DNA of 32,000 nucleotides from an uncultured archaeon (GCA_964551375.1 CAZKBG010000001.1:30001-62000); one strand, 5' to 3'. Positions 17,376 to 25,546 are shown, counted from the first letter of the stretch. The notes: a model not told the origin generated them from the letters alone. Numbers and translations: made by a program.

Positions 17376-17885
17376 ATGAAACAAAAAAAAGTAGTTGTGA
17401 ATGATAAGATGCAAAAAGGGTATGAATATTACTTGACTGAGCCCGCGGGGGAAAACTTCTCTGCTGAATTTAATCCCGAACTTACTCCAAAACAAATGCT
17501 TGAAATGGGCGTGTTTGGGGGGAAGTACATGACTGACTGCCAAGCGGAATTCCCTGTTGATTGGTTTAAGAAAGCAAAATTATCTCCTGAAAAGAAAAAT
17601 CCTAAATTAAATTACTTTGAAGTAGATGCATCCCTTCCTTTAAGCGAGTGGCAGAAAAAAGGATGGATTCACCCTGCTGATCCAAGAGGGTGGTTTCAAT
17701 GGTACTGCAGATATTATATGGGAAGAAGAATGGAAGGGGAAGATGAAAGGCAAATTAAAAGATGGAAAGCGATTAAGAGGCATGCTGGGATAATAAAACA
17801 AAGATGCAAGCCTGGCGAGATTTACTGCCTTCCACGAGCAAGGCAGGCTTTATTACACTGGGCGTATGATTCAAGACTTATTTAA
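17376..17885 (+). CDS. Conserved hypothetical protein (Trp/Arg-rich GWFQWYCRYYMGRR motif)
   Basis: 169-170 aa, a soluble-looking protein with ADPRGWFQWYCRYYMGRRMEGEDERQIKRWKAIKRH. I think I have seen this motif in widely scattered uncharacterised proteins but cannot name the family. Confidence 0.7.
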   Translation: MKQKKVVVNDKMQKGYEYYLTEPAGENFSAEFNPELTPKQMLEMGVFGGKYMTDCQAEFPVDWFKKAKLSPEKKNPKLNYFEVDASLPLSEWQKKGWIHPADPRGWFQWYCRYYMGRRMEGEDERQIKRWKAIKRHAGIIKQRCKPGEIYCLPRARQALLHWAYDSRLI

Positions 17886-17938
17886 AAAATGAATAAGTCT
17901 TTTTGAATATTTTTTACTATTTGCTTTTTAACAGTTAT

Positions 17939-18106
17939 TTATTTTACTGAAGCATCCATGATGCTTTGCTCAGTTGAGGAACGCTTATCCTTAAGCCATT
18001 TTTCGTTTCTGGCAAGTTCTTTTGCTGCTCTGTTAGCAGATTCGCTTTTAGCAGCGTCGCTTTTAGCTGATTCACTTTTTTCTACAGGTTTAATTTTTTT
18101 AGACAT
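17939..18106 (-). CDS. Possible small low-complexity protein (55 aa)
   Basis: MSKKIKPVEKSESAKSDAAKSESANRAAKELARNEKWLKDKRSS.... A TATA-like aatataat (minus-strand reading of 18128-18137) lies about 22-31 nt upstream of the ATG at 18106. The ORF track extends to 18139. It overlaps a mirror ORF on the + strand, so coding status is uncertain. Confidence 0.35.
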   Translation of the reverse strand: MSKKIKPVEKSESAKSDAAKSESANRAAKELARNEKWLKDKRSSTEQSIMDASVK

Positions 18107-18174
18107 GCAAATATTGTGCCCGCATGGCATTATATTCAAGTCAGTTTGAATAATTGGGTATTTACTTGGAAAAA

Positions 18175-18183
18175 GTATAAGTA
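18175..18183 (+). promoter_or_regulatory. TATA-like box upstream of 18206
   Basis: gtataagta is centred about 27 nt upstream of ATG 18206. Confidence 0.5.
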
Positions 18184-18205
18184 TTACTTTGGTTAAATTA
18201 TCTTT

Positions 18206-19114
18206 ATGCCTTTAAAGAAATTCGGATTCAGCTTAGGGTACAATGTAGGAAATGCTTTTTCTGCTAAAAAAAAGACTTCCAAAACTCAAAAACCAAAACC
18301 AGCTCAAGTTCCTGCCGTTTCTGCGCCTGTTCAGGCAAGAAAGAGATTAAAAGATTTTAGAGTGGTTGAACTTGGGCATGGAAAAGTTCCTGCAGGGTTA
18401 GTAAAAGTTGCTTCTAAAAAAAGAGGGCGAAAAACAAGCTTTTTAGGAGTGGAAACAGAAAAAGTAAATCTTGCCAAAGCGCTGAAACTTGCAGGCGCAG
18501 AAAAACTTCCGAAAAATTTAACATTTGAAAAAACATGCGCATTAAAAGCCTTGCAAAAAATGCCTTCTGGAAAAACGCACGTAGTATTTGCAAGCTATTT
18601 ATTGAATAATCTTTCATATAAGCGGGTTGTTAGAAGAGGAGGGGAAGCTGTGCCAATGGATGTTGCGGTTATTAATGAAGCAAAAAGAGTATTGGTTCCA
18701 GGGGGGAGATTTGTTGCAATTGGGGACAGGGGGAGCATAGATAAGTACATGGGACTGGCTGCTGCCAGCGGCCTTAAATTTCATGCAATTGCAATTCCTG
18801 ACGCAGTTGCGCAAAAATCACTTGCCCAATACATAAGAGAAAGAGGAACTCCTGCAGGAAGGGCGGATTATTTTATGAAATACATGCGAGGCGGACCTGA
18901 AGTGTTAATAGAATTTGAAATGATGGCCCAGCAGGGACTTGTGAAAGATTTTGGGGACATGGCGAAACCGACAATATACCTTTTAAGAAAACCAAAGGCT
19001 GAAGAGAAAGGAATAAAGCAAGTTGGAATTTATCACACTGTTTCTGGGACAGAAGCGTTAAATGAAAGAGAAAGAGCAATAGTGCGCGAAATACTAAGCG
19101 GACAAAATGAATAG
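18206..19114 (+). CDS. Hypothetical protein with class-I methyltransferase-fold-like core and basic N-terminal extension
   Basis: 302 aa. It has a Lys/Pro-rich N-terminus, then VVELGHGKVP (degenerate motif I), VVFASYLLNNL and AKRVLVPGGRFVAIGD (resembling the post-II/III region of Rossmann-fold MTases). The assignment is weak. Confidence 0.6.
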   Translation: MPLKKFGFSLGYNVGNAFSAKKKTSKTQKPKPAQVPAVSAPVQARKRLKDFRVVELGHGKVPAGLVKVASKKRGRKTSFLGVETEKVNLAKALKLAGAEKLPKNLTFEKTCALKALQKMPSGKTHVVFASYLLNNLSYKRVVRRGGEAVPMDVAVINEAKRVLVPGGRFVAIGDRGSIDKYMGLAAASGLKFHAIAIPDAVAQKSLAQYIRERGTPAGRADYFMKYMRGGPEVLIEFEMMAQQGLVKDFGDMAKPTIYLLRKPKAEEKGIKQVGIYHTVSGTEALNERERAIVREILSGQNE

Positions 19115-19153
19115 TTAAAGATAATAAAAATAGTTGGATTCAAAAAGGATAAT

Positions 19154-20707
19154 TTACTTTGAAGCCTGATTTCCAATTCTAACTCCATAATTAATGAATT
19201 TAGTTAACTTCATCTTCTGCGCGTCGTCATATGGAATAAAAAGAGGAACACAAGTTTTTTGAGTATTCTTGTTATATTCTTCAAAAAGCTTTTTCATCAA
19301 AGGCCCGTTATTCAAAATCTTAATTAAAGCCGAATCATAAAAATTTCCTTTTGAATTATAATTTCCCAAGTCAACGCTGATTCCAAATTTAGTTGCCCAT
19401 GATTTAATTGCATTTCCGGTTCCAGTTCCAATATACCCGTCAAAGCGCTCAATTTCAGAAACCCCGCTGTAATCAGCGCCAGCTTTATAAAACGCGTATT
19501 GGATACCTGCTGTTAAAGGAGCAAGCACTCCTGCATTATACGCTGTGCCTTCAACAAAATACCTGTCAAGAGAGCCATAAGGTGGAATTACGCAAGTATA
19601 ACTTGAAATTGAAGAGTATGAAGAAATCACGCCTTCATTTGATTTTAATAAAGCAAAAGCAACTGTTTTTCCTCCTGAAGAGGTTTCAAGAACTTTGCTA
19701 ATTTCTGAATCAGAAACTTGCGCTGAATTTTTGTTTCCAAAAAGAGCTTTAACCTCAGGATAAGTGAATAAGTTTCTTGCGCTTGAAATTCCAACCTGAT
19801 ACTCGCCATATGTCTTTCCTAAACCCAACCCTTCCCAAACAGAGCTGGCAACTTTTCTTAACCCTGTGGAGTTTCTTCCGCTTTCTTCAAAACGAATGTA
19901 TTCAAGGAGCTTATTGTAATACTCTTCCCTTGGCATTACTTTTGCGGCGTCATAATCACAGCCTCTGTTCACGCCTGCTGGGGTGTTTAAGTAAAGCACT
20001 TCAATTGGAGTGAATTGGCTTAAGAGAACTGAATCATCAAACACTCTTATCTCATTTGCATAAAGATCAGCAAACCTTGGCGCCCCGCTTGAAGTATTCC
20101 CAAGATAAATTACAACATGCGTGTATTTCACTTTTGAGTTTTTAGAATCAATTGTATTATTGTACTCGCTTAATGGAGTATAAACTCCAATTAATCTTCC
20201 CTTTGCAAGAATTCCATTACTAATAAGCGAACTAATAGTTTCCCCGTTTGAAATAACATGCGTGTTCATTTTATCAGCGTACTTTAATTCCCAAGCATCC
20301 GTTGAAGGGTAACATTCACCAAACAAATCCTTCGCCACGTACTTAACATACCTTGAGCAGTAAAACGGAGGAGTTTCACTTTCAGAATAAATTGGAATGC
20401 CAAGCTTTCCGGAACTTACTTCAACAGAGTGATATTTTGGAGATTCCCCTTTTGGCAGAATAGTGCTTGCCATTAAAAAACCTGAAGCGCTGGAAACTGA
20501 AGTTGAAGGCGGTTGTGTTATACTATTATCACCCAAAAGATTTGCATTAAAAATTTTCAAATAATCAGCGACTGATTTTCCTCCGCTTGAAGCGGTTGAA
20601 CCGTCGCTTGGAGGCAAAGGCGCATCAATTTGAGTAACCGCAAAAACAAAAGCAAAAAGCATTAATAGAGCCAGAAGCACTCCAATAACAAAAATTCCTT
20701 TTTTCAT
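19154..20707 (-). CDS. Secreted protein with putative papain-fold (NlpC/P60- or CHAP-like) Cys-His domain; possible second lysozyme-like region
   Basis: 517 aa with a signal/anchor (IFVIGVLLALLMLFAFVFA) and an S/T-rich linker. The segment PPFYCSRYVKYVAKDLFG is a candidate nucleophile Cys at a helix start. It is followed by GRLIGVYTP...KYTHVVIYLGNTS, which resembles the GDL-x-F...HVGIY-x-G pattern of NlpC/P60. Later, FEESGRNS...GEYQVG is faintly SLT/GH23-like. Confidence 0.8.
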   Translation of the reverse strand: MKKGIFVIGVLLALLMLFAFVFAVTQIDAPLPPSDGSTASSGGKSVADYLKIFNANLLGDNSITQPPSTSVSSASGFLMASTILPKGESPKYHSVEVSSGKLGIPIYSESETPPFYCSRYVKYVAKDLFGECYPSTDAWELKYADKMNTHVISNGETISSLISNGILAKGRLIGVYTPLSEYNNTIDSKNSKVKYTHVVIYLGNTSSGAPRFADLYANEIRVFDDSVLLSQFTPIEVLYLNTPAGVNRGCDYDAAKVMPREEYYNKLLEYIRFEESGRNSTGLRKVASSVWEGLGLGKTYGEYQVGISSARNLFTYPEVKALFGNKNSAQVSDSEISKVLETSSGGKTVAFALLKSNEGVISSYSSISSYTCVIPPYGSLDRYFVEGTAYNAGVLAPLTAGIQYAFYKAGADYSGVSEIERFDGYIGTGTGNAIKSWATKFGISVDLGNYNSKGNFYDSALIKILNNGPLMKKLFEEYNKNTQKTCVPLFIPYDDAQKMKLTKFINYGVRIGNQASK

Positions 20708-20783
20708 AACCCTTGCATAAAACTAATCCAATTACTAGTATTTATTTTAACTGGTGGAGGCAGGGTGGATTAAATTATAAGCT

Positions 20784-21230
20784 CTATCCTAATTTTGCAA
20801 TATCTTGCTCAAGTTTTTCCTTTTCCTGCTTGAGTTCTTTTATCAGCGCTTTTAATTGGATTTTATCTTTTTCAAGTATGGAAAGGATGGATTCTGTTTT
20901 ATCATACAACCTCTGCTCTTTCTCCTGCGCGCTTTCATTTAGCATTGTCCAAAGAAGAGAATTTTCAGCATGCAGTTTATTGTACTCCCTGCGCTTTATT
21001 GAAATGGCTTTATTCAATCTGTCTTGGAGGGTCAAATTCTCCTCAAGCTTTGAGCTAACTTCCGCTGCTTTGCTCTTAAGTTCGCTAATTTTAGCAAGCC
21101 TTTCTTCTTCCTTATTTTGCAAAATCTTATAGTGCCTTTTTCTAAAAACAGAAAAAACAACTAATCCCGCAACTCCAACAACCACAATTACTGTAATTGG
21201 AACAATATTCTCAAAGCCAATTGAACTCAT
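20784..21230 (-). CDS. N-terminally membrane-anchored coiled-coil protein
   Basis: 148 aa. It has a TM helix (VPITVIVVVGVAGLVVFSVF) followed by ~110 aa of heptad-like K/E/L-rich sequence. Confidence 0.75.
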   Translation of the reverse strand: MSSIGFENIVPITVIVVVGVAGLVVFSVFRKRHYKILQNKEEERLAKISELKSKAAEVSSKLEENLTLQDRLNKAISIKRREYNKLHAENSLLWTMLNESAQEKEQRLYDKTESILSILEKDKIQLKALIKELKQEKEKLEQDIAKLG

Positions 21231-21253
21231 TTAGTAAGTTAATGCAGTTTCAT

Positions 21254-21263
21254 CTTTATATTG
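21254..21263 (-). promoter_or_regulatory. TATA-like box upstream of 21230
   Basis: The minus strand reads caatataaag, centred about 28 nt upstream of the ATG. Confidence 0.45.
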
Positions 21264-21428
21264 GTTGCTGGATTTGGCGCTTTAGAGCATCTTTAAGTAT
21301 AATTTAGGGAGTTATTCTATTATGCTTATTAAAATTGAAAGCGTGGAAGTGAATGGAAAAATGATTCACTTAATTGGAATAAAATATAGCTTAATTGGGG
21401 TGTTTGGAAGAAAAGGGGATTATTTTTT

Positions 21429-22190
21429 ATGAAAACATCCAACCAACGATTAAAGCTTAGCGCGCTAAAAAAGCATATTGAAGGCGCGAAGCGAAAAGTG
21501 CGTGTAAAACAATCCGGATTTGCGAGGATTGGATACACTCCAGTGGGGAGAAAACTTGTTGCAAAGTTCCCTGGAATAATGCGCGCTTTTACAGCAGGGC
21601 GAGAGGCAATTTTAAGTGGAAAAGCGGCCCTATCAACCCATCAAATAAAAGGAGTGGGGATGGTAAAAGTAAGAAAACAAGCGCTAATTGAAGGAATAAT
21701 GCACACTCATGGATTTATTGTGGAAGCTACTGATGCCCGCCATAGGCGCAAATACTCGTTTTTTGTAAAAGAACAGGAGATGCCTGGAAGAAGCGCTGAA
21801 TTTAGAGCACACCTTGACATGGCACACCCTCAAATTAAAGCCCTTGAAAAAGCCTATTCCGCGCTTGGAAAAATTGCTGTTAAAGGAGTGGGGGGAGTGG
21901 AAGTTGCAGATTACTACTTGGCTTATACACAAGGAAATCATTCCTTTCTTGTCACAAAATTTTATTCTGATGCAATCAGCTATACTCACCTACCAACAGC
22001 AGAACGAAATCAAATTGCCCCTTTAATTGAACGCTTAAGACATGAATTTGAGAAAGGCGCGGTGGGAAGAGAAGTTACTGATGTATTCAATGGAATTTTA
22101 ATTCGAAACCTTCTATGGAGCTCGTCAAGAAAAAAACTAATAATGATTGATTTAAGGCCCAATATTAAAGTTGAAAATATGGGGTTCTGA
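21429..22190 (+). CDS. Hypothetical protein
   Basis: 253-aa ORF with balanced composition and no convincing motif. Confidence 0.65.
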   Translation: MKTSNQRLKLSALKKHIEGAKRKVRVKQSGFARIGYTPVGRKLVAKFPGIMRAFTAGREAILSGKAALSTHQIKGVGMVKVRKQALIEGIMHTHGFIVEATDARHRRKYSFFVKEQEMPGRSAEFRAHLDMAHPQIKALEKAYSALGKIAVKGVGGVEVADYYLAYTQGNHSFLVTKFYSDAISYTHLPTAERNQIAPLIERLRHEFEKGAVGREVTDVFNGILIRNLLWSSSRKKLIMIDLRPNIKVENMGF

Positions 22191-22348
22191 AAATCCTCTC
22201 ATGTGGCTGATTTATGCACTTATTTAATTTAAACATTCTCAAAATTATTGGGGAAATGTATAATAACTAGAATAATACTTGTTTTGCTAAATTTTAGAAG
22301 TATTTTGAAGAGAATTAGTATTGATTTTGTCCTAATCGAGGTTGTTAA

Positions 22349-22753
22349 GTGGATAAAGACGATGAGCTGCACTGTGGAATGCGTGCTTCAAATGAAGATG
22401 TTCCCTCGTCCTGTGAAGAGCGTTTCACAGGAGTTATTACAAGAATTCATGATGGCGCCGCGTATGATGCCTCAAGCTTTATGATAATTGATGGAAAAAC
22501 CGTTATATTCAATTTAGGCGGAGAAATGAACGCTGATATAAAAATGGGAAAATTAATCGGGTTTGAAGAAAATCCAAAATTTCCATATTCAGGCGGAGAA
22601 GAAGAACTCAAAACCAAATATGCTGGAAAGAAAGCTGAAGTGTTTGCATTAAGGCGCACTTATGACGGATTCAATAACAACGGGCAACTTGTTAGAATTA
22701 CTGAATATATTCTAATAGGTTCTGAAAAATACTATATAAAACTTTTAAAGTGA
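22349..22753 (+). CDS. Small hypothetical protein, paralog family member 1
   Basis: 134 aa (GTG 22349; alternative ATG 22379). It aligns with the 24281-24676 product: FTGVITRIHDGAAYDASSFMIIDGKTVIFNLGG...GKLIGF...KKAEVFA...GSEKYYIKL versus FSGKIYQIVNGAQWDATSFIVIEDKMVIFGVGG...GSLIGF...KKVEVFA...GNEKYFVKL. Confidence 0.7.
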   Translation: MDKDDELHCGMRASNEDVPSSCEERFTGVITRIHDGAAYDASSFMIIDGKTVIFNLGGEMNADIKMGKLIGFEENPKFPYSGGEEELKTKYAGKKAEVFALRRTYDGFNNNGQLVRITEYILIGSEKYYIKLLK

Positions 22754-22778
22754 AACTCTTCTTGTCAATACTTTAAGG

Positions 22779-22788
22779 TTTTAATATT
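22779..22788 (+). promoter_or_regulatory. TATA-like box upstream of the flavodoxin gene
   Basis: ttttaatatt is centred about 29 nt upstream of ATG 22812. Confidence 0.45.
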
Positions 22789-22811
22789 GTTTGGTTTTCA
22801 CTTAGGATAAT

Positions 22812-23273
22812 ATGAAAGCACTTGTTGTGTACTATTCAAGAACCGGAACGACAAAAACAGTTGCTGAAGCTATTTCAAAAGAACTTAGATGTGATTTGGA
22901 AGAAATTATTGATGAAAAGAACCGCACAGGGGTGCTTGGGTGGCTTGGCGGAGGAAAGGATGCAAGTCAAAAGAAACTCACTCAAATAAAGCCAATCAAA
23001 CACTCTCCAAAAAATTATGATTTGGTAGTTGTGGGCTCTCCAATATGGGCTGGATTAATGGCTCCTGCGTTAAGGACTTATCTTTCACAAAACAAGCCCT
23101 CAAATATCGCTGCTTTTTGCACAATGGGGGGAAATAATCCTGGAGCATTTTTTAAAGATCTTGATGAAAACTTTGGAAAACCGAAGACATGTGTTGCAAT
23201 CCAAACAAGCGAAGTAAAACAGGGCAAAACTCCTGAAAAAATAAAGGAATTTATCACACTGATTTCCAAGTGA
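22812..23273 (+). CDS. Flavodoxin-family protein
   Basis: 153 aa. MKALVVYYSRTGTTKTVAEAISKEL is the FMN phosphate-binding loop pattern. YDLVVVGSPIWAG is the second flavodoxin-like motif. Confidence 0.85.
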   Translation: MKALVVYYSRTGTTKTVAEAISKELRCDLEEIIDEKNRTGVLGWLGGGKDASQKKLTQIKPIKHSPKNYDLVVVGSPIWAGLMAPALRTYLSQNKPSNIAAFCTMGGNNPGAFFKDLDENFGKPKTCVAIQTSEVKQGKTPEKIKEFITLISK

Positions 23274-23328
23274 TGTTTAGTCTAAGTGGTGTTTTGTCTA
23301 AGTGATGCCTAATCTAAGCAAGGTTTAA
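23265..23328 (+). repeat. Four tandem 16-nt repeats (consensus TCTAAGTGATGYYTAR)
   Basis: tccaagtgatgtttag / tctaagtggtgttttg / tctaagtgatgcctaa / tctaagcaaggtttaa, starting at 23265, 23281, 23297 and 23313. The first unit overlaps the flavodoxin stop codon. A further taagtaagtgatag lies at about 23425-23440, just upstream of the next gene's TATA-like element. Confidence 0.8.
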
Positions 23329-23474
23329 TTTTTTAATAAATTTATTCTCAATTGGTTGTTTGACTTCAAATAGTATAATTTTTAAACACAAAAGATAAGC
23401 TAATGATAGAACTTGACAGTTGGTTAAGTAAGTGATAGCAGATTAATTGAATTTTGAAATGGAAGGGAATTTGT

Positions 23475-23792
23475 ATGGCGCTTGACATGGACACAATAAT
23501 TTTTGTTCTTGCGGGATTTTTTATTCTAATTGCGGTATTTTTCTTAATGTTGAGATTCTCAAGCAGTAAAATTGTGAAAAAATTCACTGTTGATAGCACT
23601 TTGCAGCAAAAAAATGATGAAAAATTTGCAAAGCTTTCAGCAAGCGTTGCCCAAAACTCAAAGGACATTGAACAAATTAAAAGAATGCTTAATGAAGAAA
23701 GAGTGTCTAAAGTAGGTCCTTATGATGATGTAATAGCTAAGCCAAATAACAGCACTCAAGCGGCTATTGATGCAATTACAAAAACAATATAA
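23475..23792 (+). CDS. Small single-pass membrane protein
   Basis: MALDMDTIIFVLAGFFILIAVFFLMLRF then a polar tail. A TATA-like gattaattgaatttt lies about 23-37 nt upstream of ATG 23475. It is preferred over the overlapping minus-strand ORF 23366..23668. Confidence 0.55.
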   Translation: MALDMDTIIFVLAGFFILIAVFFLMLRFSSSKIVKKFTVDSTLQQKNDEKFAKLSASVAQNSKDIEQIKRMLNEERVSKVGPYDDVIAKPNNSTQAAIDAITKTI

Positions 23793-23800
23793 ACAAGCTT

Positions 23801-24124
23801 TTATTTTTCCTGCTTCATTCCAAATCCTTTCTCTGGGAAACGCTTTTTTCCTTTTTTTACTTCTGTTCCATATTCTCTAAACAATGCGTCCCAATCAGCT
23901 TTTTTTATAGTGGCTGGGTCCGCCATTTTTCCAGGGGTGCTTCTTGTTACTACTCTATAAGCTCCTTTTGAGCCGTAAAGTACTGCATCCTTTTGCATCT
24001 GTCTGATTTCTGCATTTGCTGATTTTACAGACATTGTTTTTACTGGCTTTGTTTTTCCTGGCGCAAATCCGCAGGGCATGTGGGAAGAGTGGACTTGTCC
24101 AACCATTCGGATAGTTTTTCGCAT
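23801..24124 (-). CDS. Small basic hypothetical protein with Lys-rich tail
   Basis: 107 aa, K/R-rich, with KKADWDALF followed by a KKGKKRF tail. It lies divergent to paralog family member 2. Confidence 0.6.
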   Translation of the reverse strand: MRKTIRMVGQVHSSHMPCGFAPGKTKPVKTMSVKSANAEIRQMQKDAVLYGSKGAYRVVTRSTPGKMADPATIKKADWDALFREYGTEVKKGKKRFPEKGFGMKQEK

Positions 24125-24149
24125 AATAGTAATTCTTACTGCTTAGGAA

Positions 24150-24160
24150 CTATTTAACTT
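24150..24160 (-). promoter_or_regulatory. TATA-like box upstream of 24124
   Basis: The minus strand reads aagttaaatag, centred about 31 nt upstream of the ATG. Confidence 0.45.
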
Positions 24161-24233
24161 ATTTGATTAATTGCAACTCCCTTTTGAAATGAACACTATT
24201 TGTTGGACGTTAGTTAAATTTCCAAAAAGAAAG

Positions 24234-24248
24234 TTTAAGTAAAAGAAA
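24234..24248 (+). promoter_or_regulatory. Shared promoter 15-mer TTTAAGTAAAAGAAA (copy 1)
   Basis: Identical 15-mer also at 27025-27039. Here it lies upstream of the 24281 gene, whose ATG is preceded by GGTGG (24272-24276). Confidence 0.45.
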
Positions 24249-24280
24249 GCCATTAAATTGTGATAAATATTGGTGGTAAA

Positions 24281-24676
24281 ATGGTTGTTGAAGAAAAGTT
24301 CTCTGGGAAAATATATCAAATCGTAAACGGGGCTCAATGGGATGCGACTAGTTTTATTGTAATTGAGGATAAAATGGTGATTTTTGGAGTTGGGGGAGTA
24401 GCATCAGAGGGAAATCCTGACCAAGCCAAAAGAGGCTCTCTTATTGGATTTAATCTTGAAAAAAGCGGCTGGGAAAAGAAATGCTTAAATAAGAAAGTTG
24501 AAGTATTTGCAAAACTTTCTGAAAACTCTGATAAAATAGTTAAAAACAATAAACTTTCAGCAAAGCAGTACCTTGATGAGGGCGAAAAAGTTCCAAAAGA
24601 TTACTTGTATTTAACAAAAGTGAATAAAGTGTATACTTTGTACGGGAATGAAAAATACTTTGTGAAATTGGGCTAA
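24281..24676 (+). CDS. Small hypothetical protein, paralog family member 2
   Basis: 131 aa from ATG 24281 (the ORF track starts at GTG 24260). It is a paralog of 22349-22753 (see that entry). Confidence 0.7.
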   Translation: MVVEEKFSGKIYQIVNGAQWDATSFIVIEDKMVIFGVGGVASEGNPDQAKRGSLIGFNLEKSGWEKKCLNKKVEVFAKLSENSDKIVKNNKLSAKQYLDEGEKVPKDYLYLTKVNKVYTLYGNEKYFVKLG

Positions 24677-24679
24677 TTT

Positions 24680-25054
24680 TCACTTCTTTAGTTTTGCTTT
24701 TTGCTTGGCTTCATTTTCCTTCAACCTTGCTTTTACAATTTTCTTTACAAGGGTTTTTGGAATAGGGTGCTCAAGGGAAAAGTACAGCGTCCCAGTGGAT
24801 GCTTTAAACGGCTTTAATTCTTTCTCAAACTTTTTCATAGTTTTAGCGCTCATTACAAAAAAACTTAAGTGCCCTTTGAAAGCAGCATATCCTACAAGCA
24901 TTCCTCCGTAGAAAAAAATAGGCATTCCGTAGCTGATTTTCTCCGCCGCATCAGGAGCAGAGGAAATAATTGTTTTTCTAATATTATTTAATGCAGTTTT
25001 TTGTTCCTTTGGCAGGGCTTGGAAATACTCTGACACTGATTTTGCTTTATTCAT
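24680..25054 (-). CDS. DUF1801 / YdhG-like domain protein
   Basis: 124 aa. VSEYFQALPKEQKTALNNIRKTIISSAPDAAEKISYGMPIFFYGGMLVGYAAFKGHLSFF matches my recollection of the DUF1801 (YdhG-like) pattern. Confidence 0.7.
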   Translation of the reverse strand: MNKAKSVSEYFQALPKEQKTALNNIRKTIISSAPDAAEKISYGMPIFFYGGMLVGYAAFKGHLSFFVMSAKTMKKFEKELKPFKASTGTLYFSLEHPIPKTLVKKIVKARLKENEAKQKAKLKK

Positions 25055-25127
25055 GGTGACAAATACTACTGCGAAGAAGTTAATAGATTAACCTTTGCAT
25101 TTGGCGGATTAATTTTTGATTAATAAA

Positions 25128-25526
25128 TTAGTTTTTTGAGCCAGGGGGCTTTTTCTTTTTAATTTGTGGTTTAAATTTAGTCGGCTTTGACCATTTGAAT
25201 CCTTTAATATTTTTTAAGTTTTTAGAATAAGCTCCGCCAGGGCCGATTTGATGCCCAACTTGCGGTTCTTTTTCCAAATCTCTAACTATAATTGTAGTTG
25301 GGAGTCCTTCTTTCTGCCTTTGTTTTGCAAGCCTTTCTGCAAGTCTTTGTGCCTGATCCTTTTCTTCAAACCCTGCTGCAATTACTTGGTTTTTTCCTCC
25401 GTGAGAACGAGGGCCCATTACTTCGAGAGCTGCATTAGCGCCCTGCTTGCTACTTCTTGTAAACATTTGCCCAATTGGAGTTTGGTGCAAGTGGTATTTT
25501 TTCCCAGCCAAAATTTTTCTTTGCAT
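25128..25526 (-). CDS. Small basic hypothetical protein with Lys-rich tail
   Basis: 132 aa ending in KFKPQIKKKKPPGSKN. The central part GGKNQVIAAGFEEKDQAQRLAERLAKQRQKEG...TIIVRD is faintly DUF2188-like (weak). Confidence 0.6.
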   Translation of the reverse strand: MQRKILAGKKYHLHQTPIGQMFTRSSKQGANAALEVMGPRSHGGKNQVIAAGFEEKDQAQRLAERLAKQRQKEGLPTTIIVRDLEKEPQVGHQIGPGGAYSKNLKNIKGFKWSKPTKFKPQIKKKKPPGSKN

Positions 25527-25546
25527 AATGAACTAATTTATTTGAA

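Noticed and set aside
20713-21132. 139-aa + strand ORF opposite the coiled-coil gene
   Set aside because: Its S/L/F-rich translation is the typical reverse-complement shadow of a K/E/L-rich coiled-coil CDS. The minus-strand gene has a TM helix, heptad pattern and a TATA-like promoter.
21429-22190. Protein-kinase-like (RIO/Kdo-kinase-like) assignment for the 253-aa protein, based on TDVFNGILIRN...LIMIDL
   Set aside because: The spacing does not match the H-x-D-x4-N catalytic loop, and no Gly-rich loop or VAIK-type Lys is evident, so it is left as hypothetical.
22248-22484. 78-aa + strand ORF overlapping the start of paralog family member 1
   Set aside because: It has an odd composition and overlaps a CDS whose paralogy with 24281-24676 supports the other frame.
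23265-23328. CRISPR-like array, or replication-origin (ORB) repeats
   Set aside because: The units are only 16 nt and directly abutting, with no spacers. There are no cas genes, no orc1/cdc6 gene and no flanking AT-rich unwinding element arrangement.
23366-23668. 100-aa minus-strand ORF overlapping the 23475-23792 gene
   Set aside because: The + strand ORF has a clean TM helix and a well-placed TATA-like element. The minus ORF is a low-complexity F/S/I-rich shadow.
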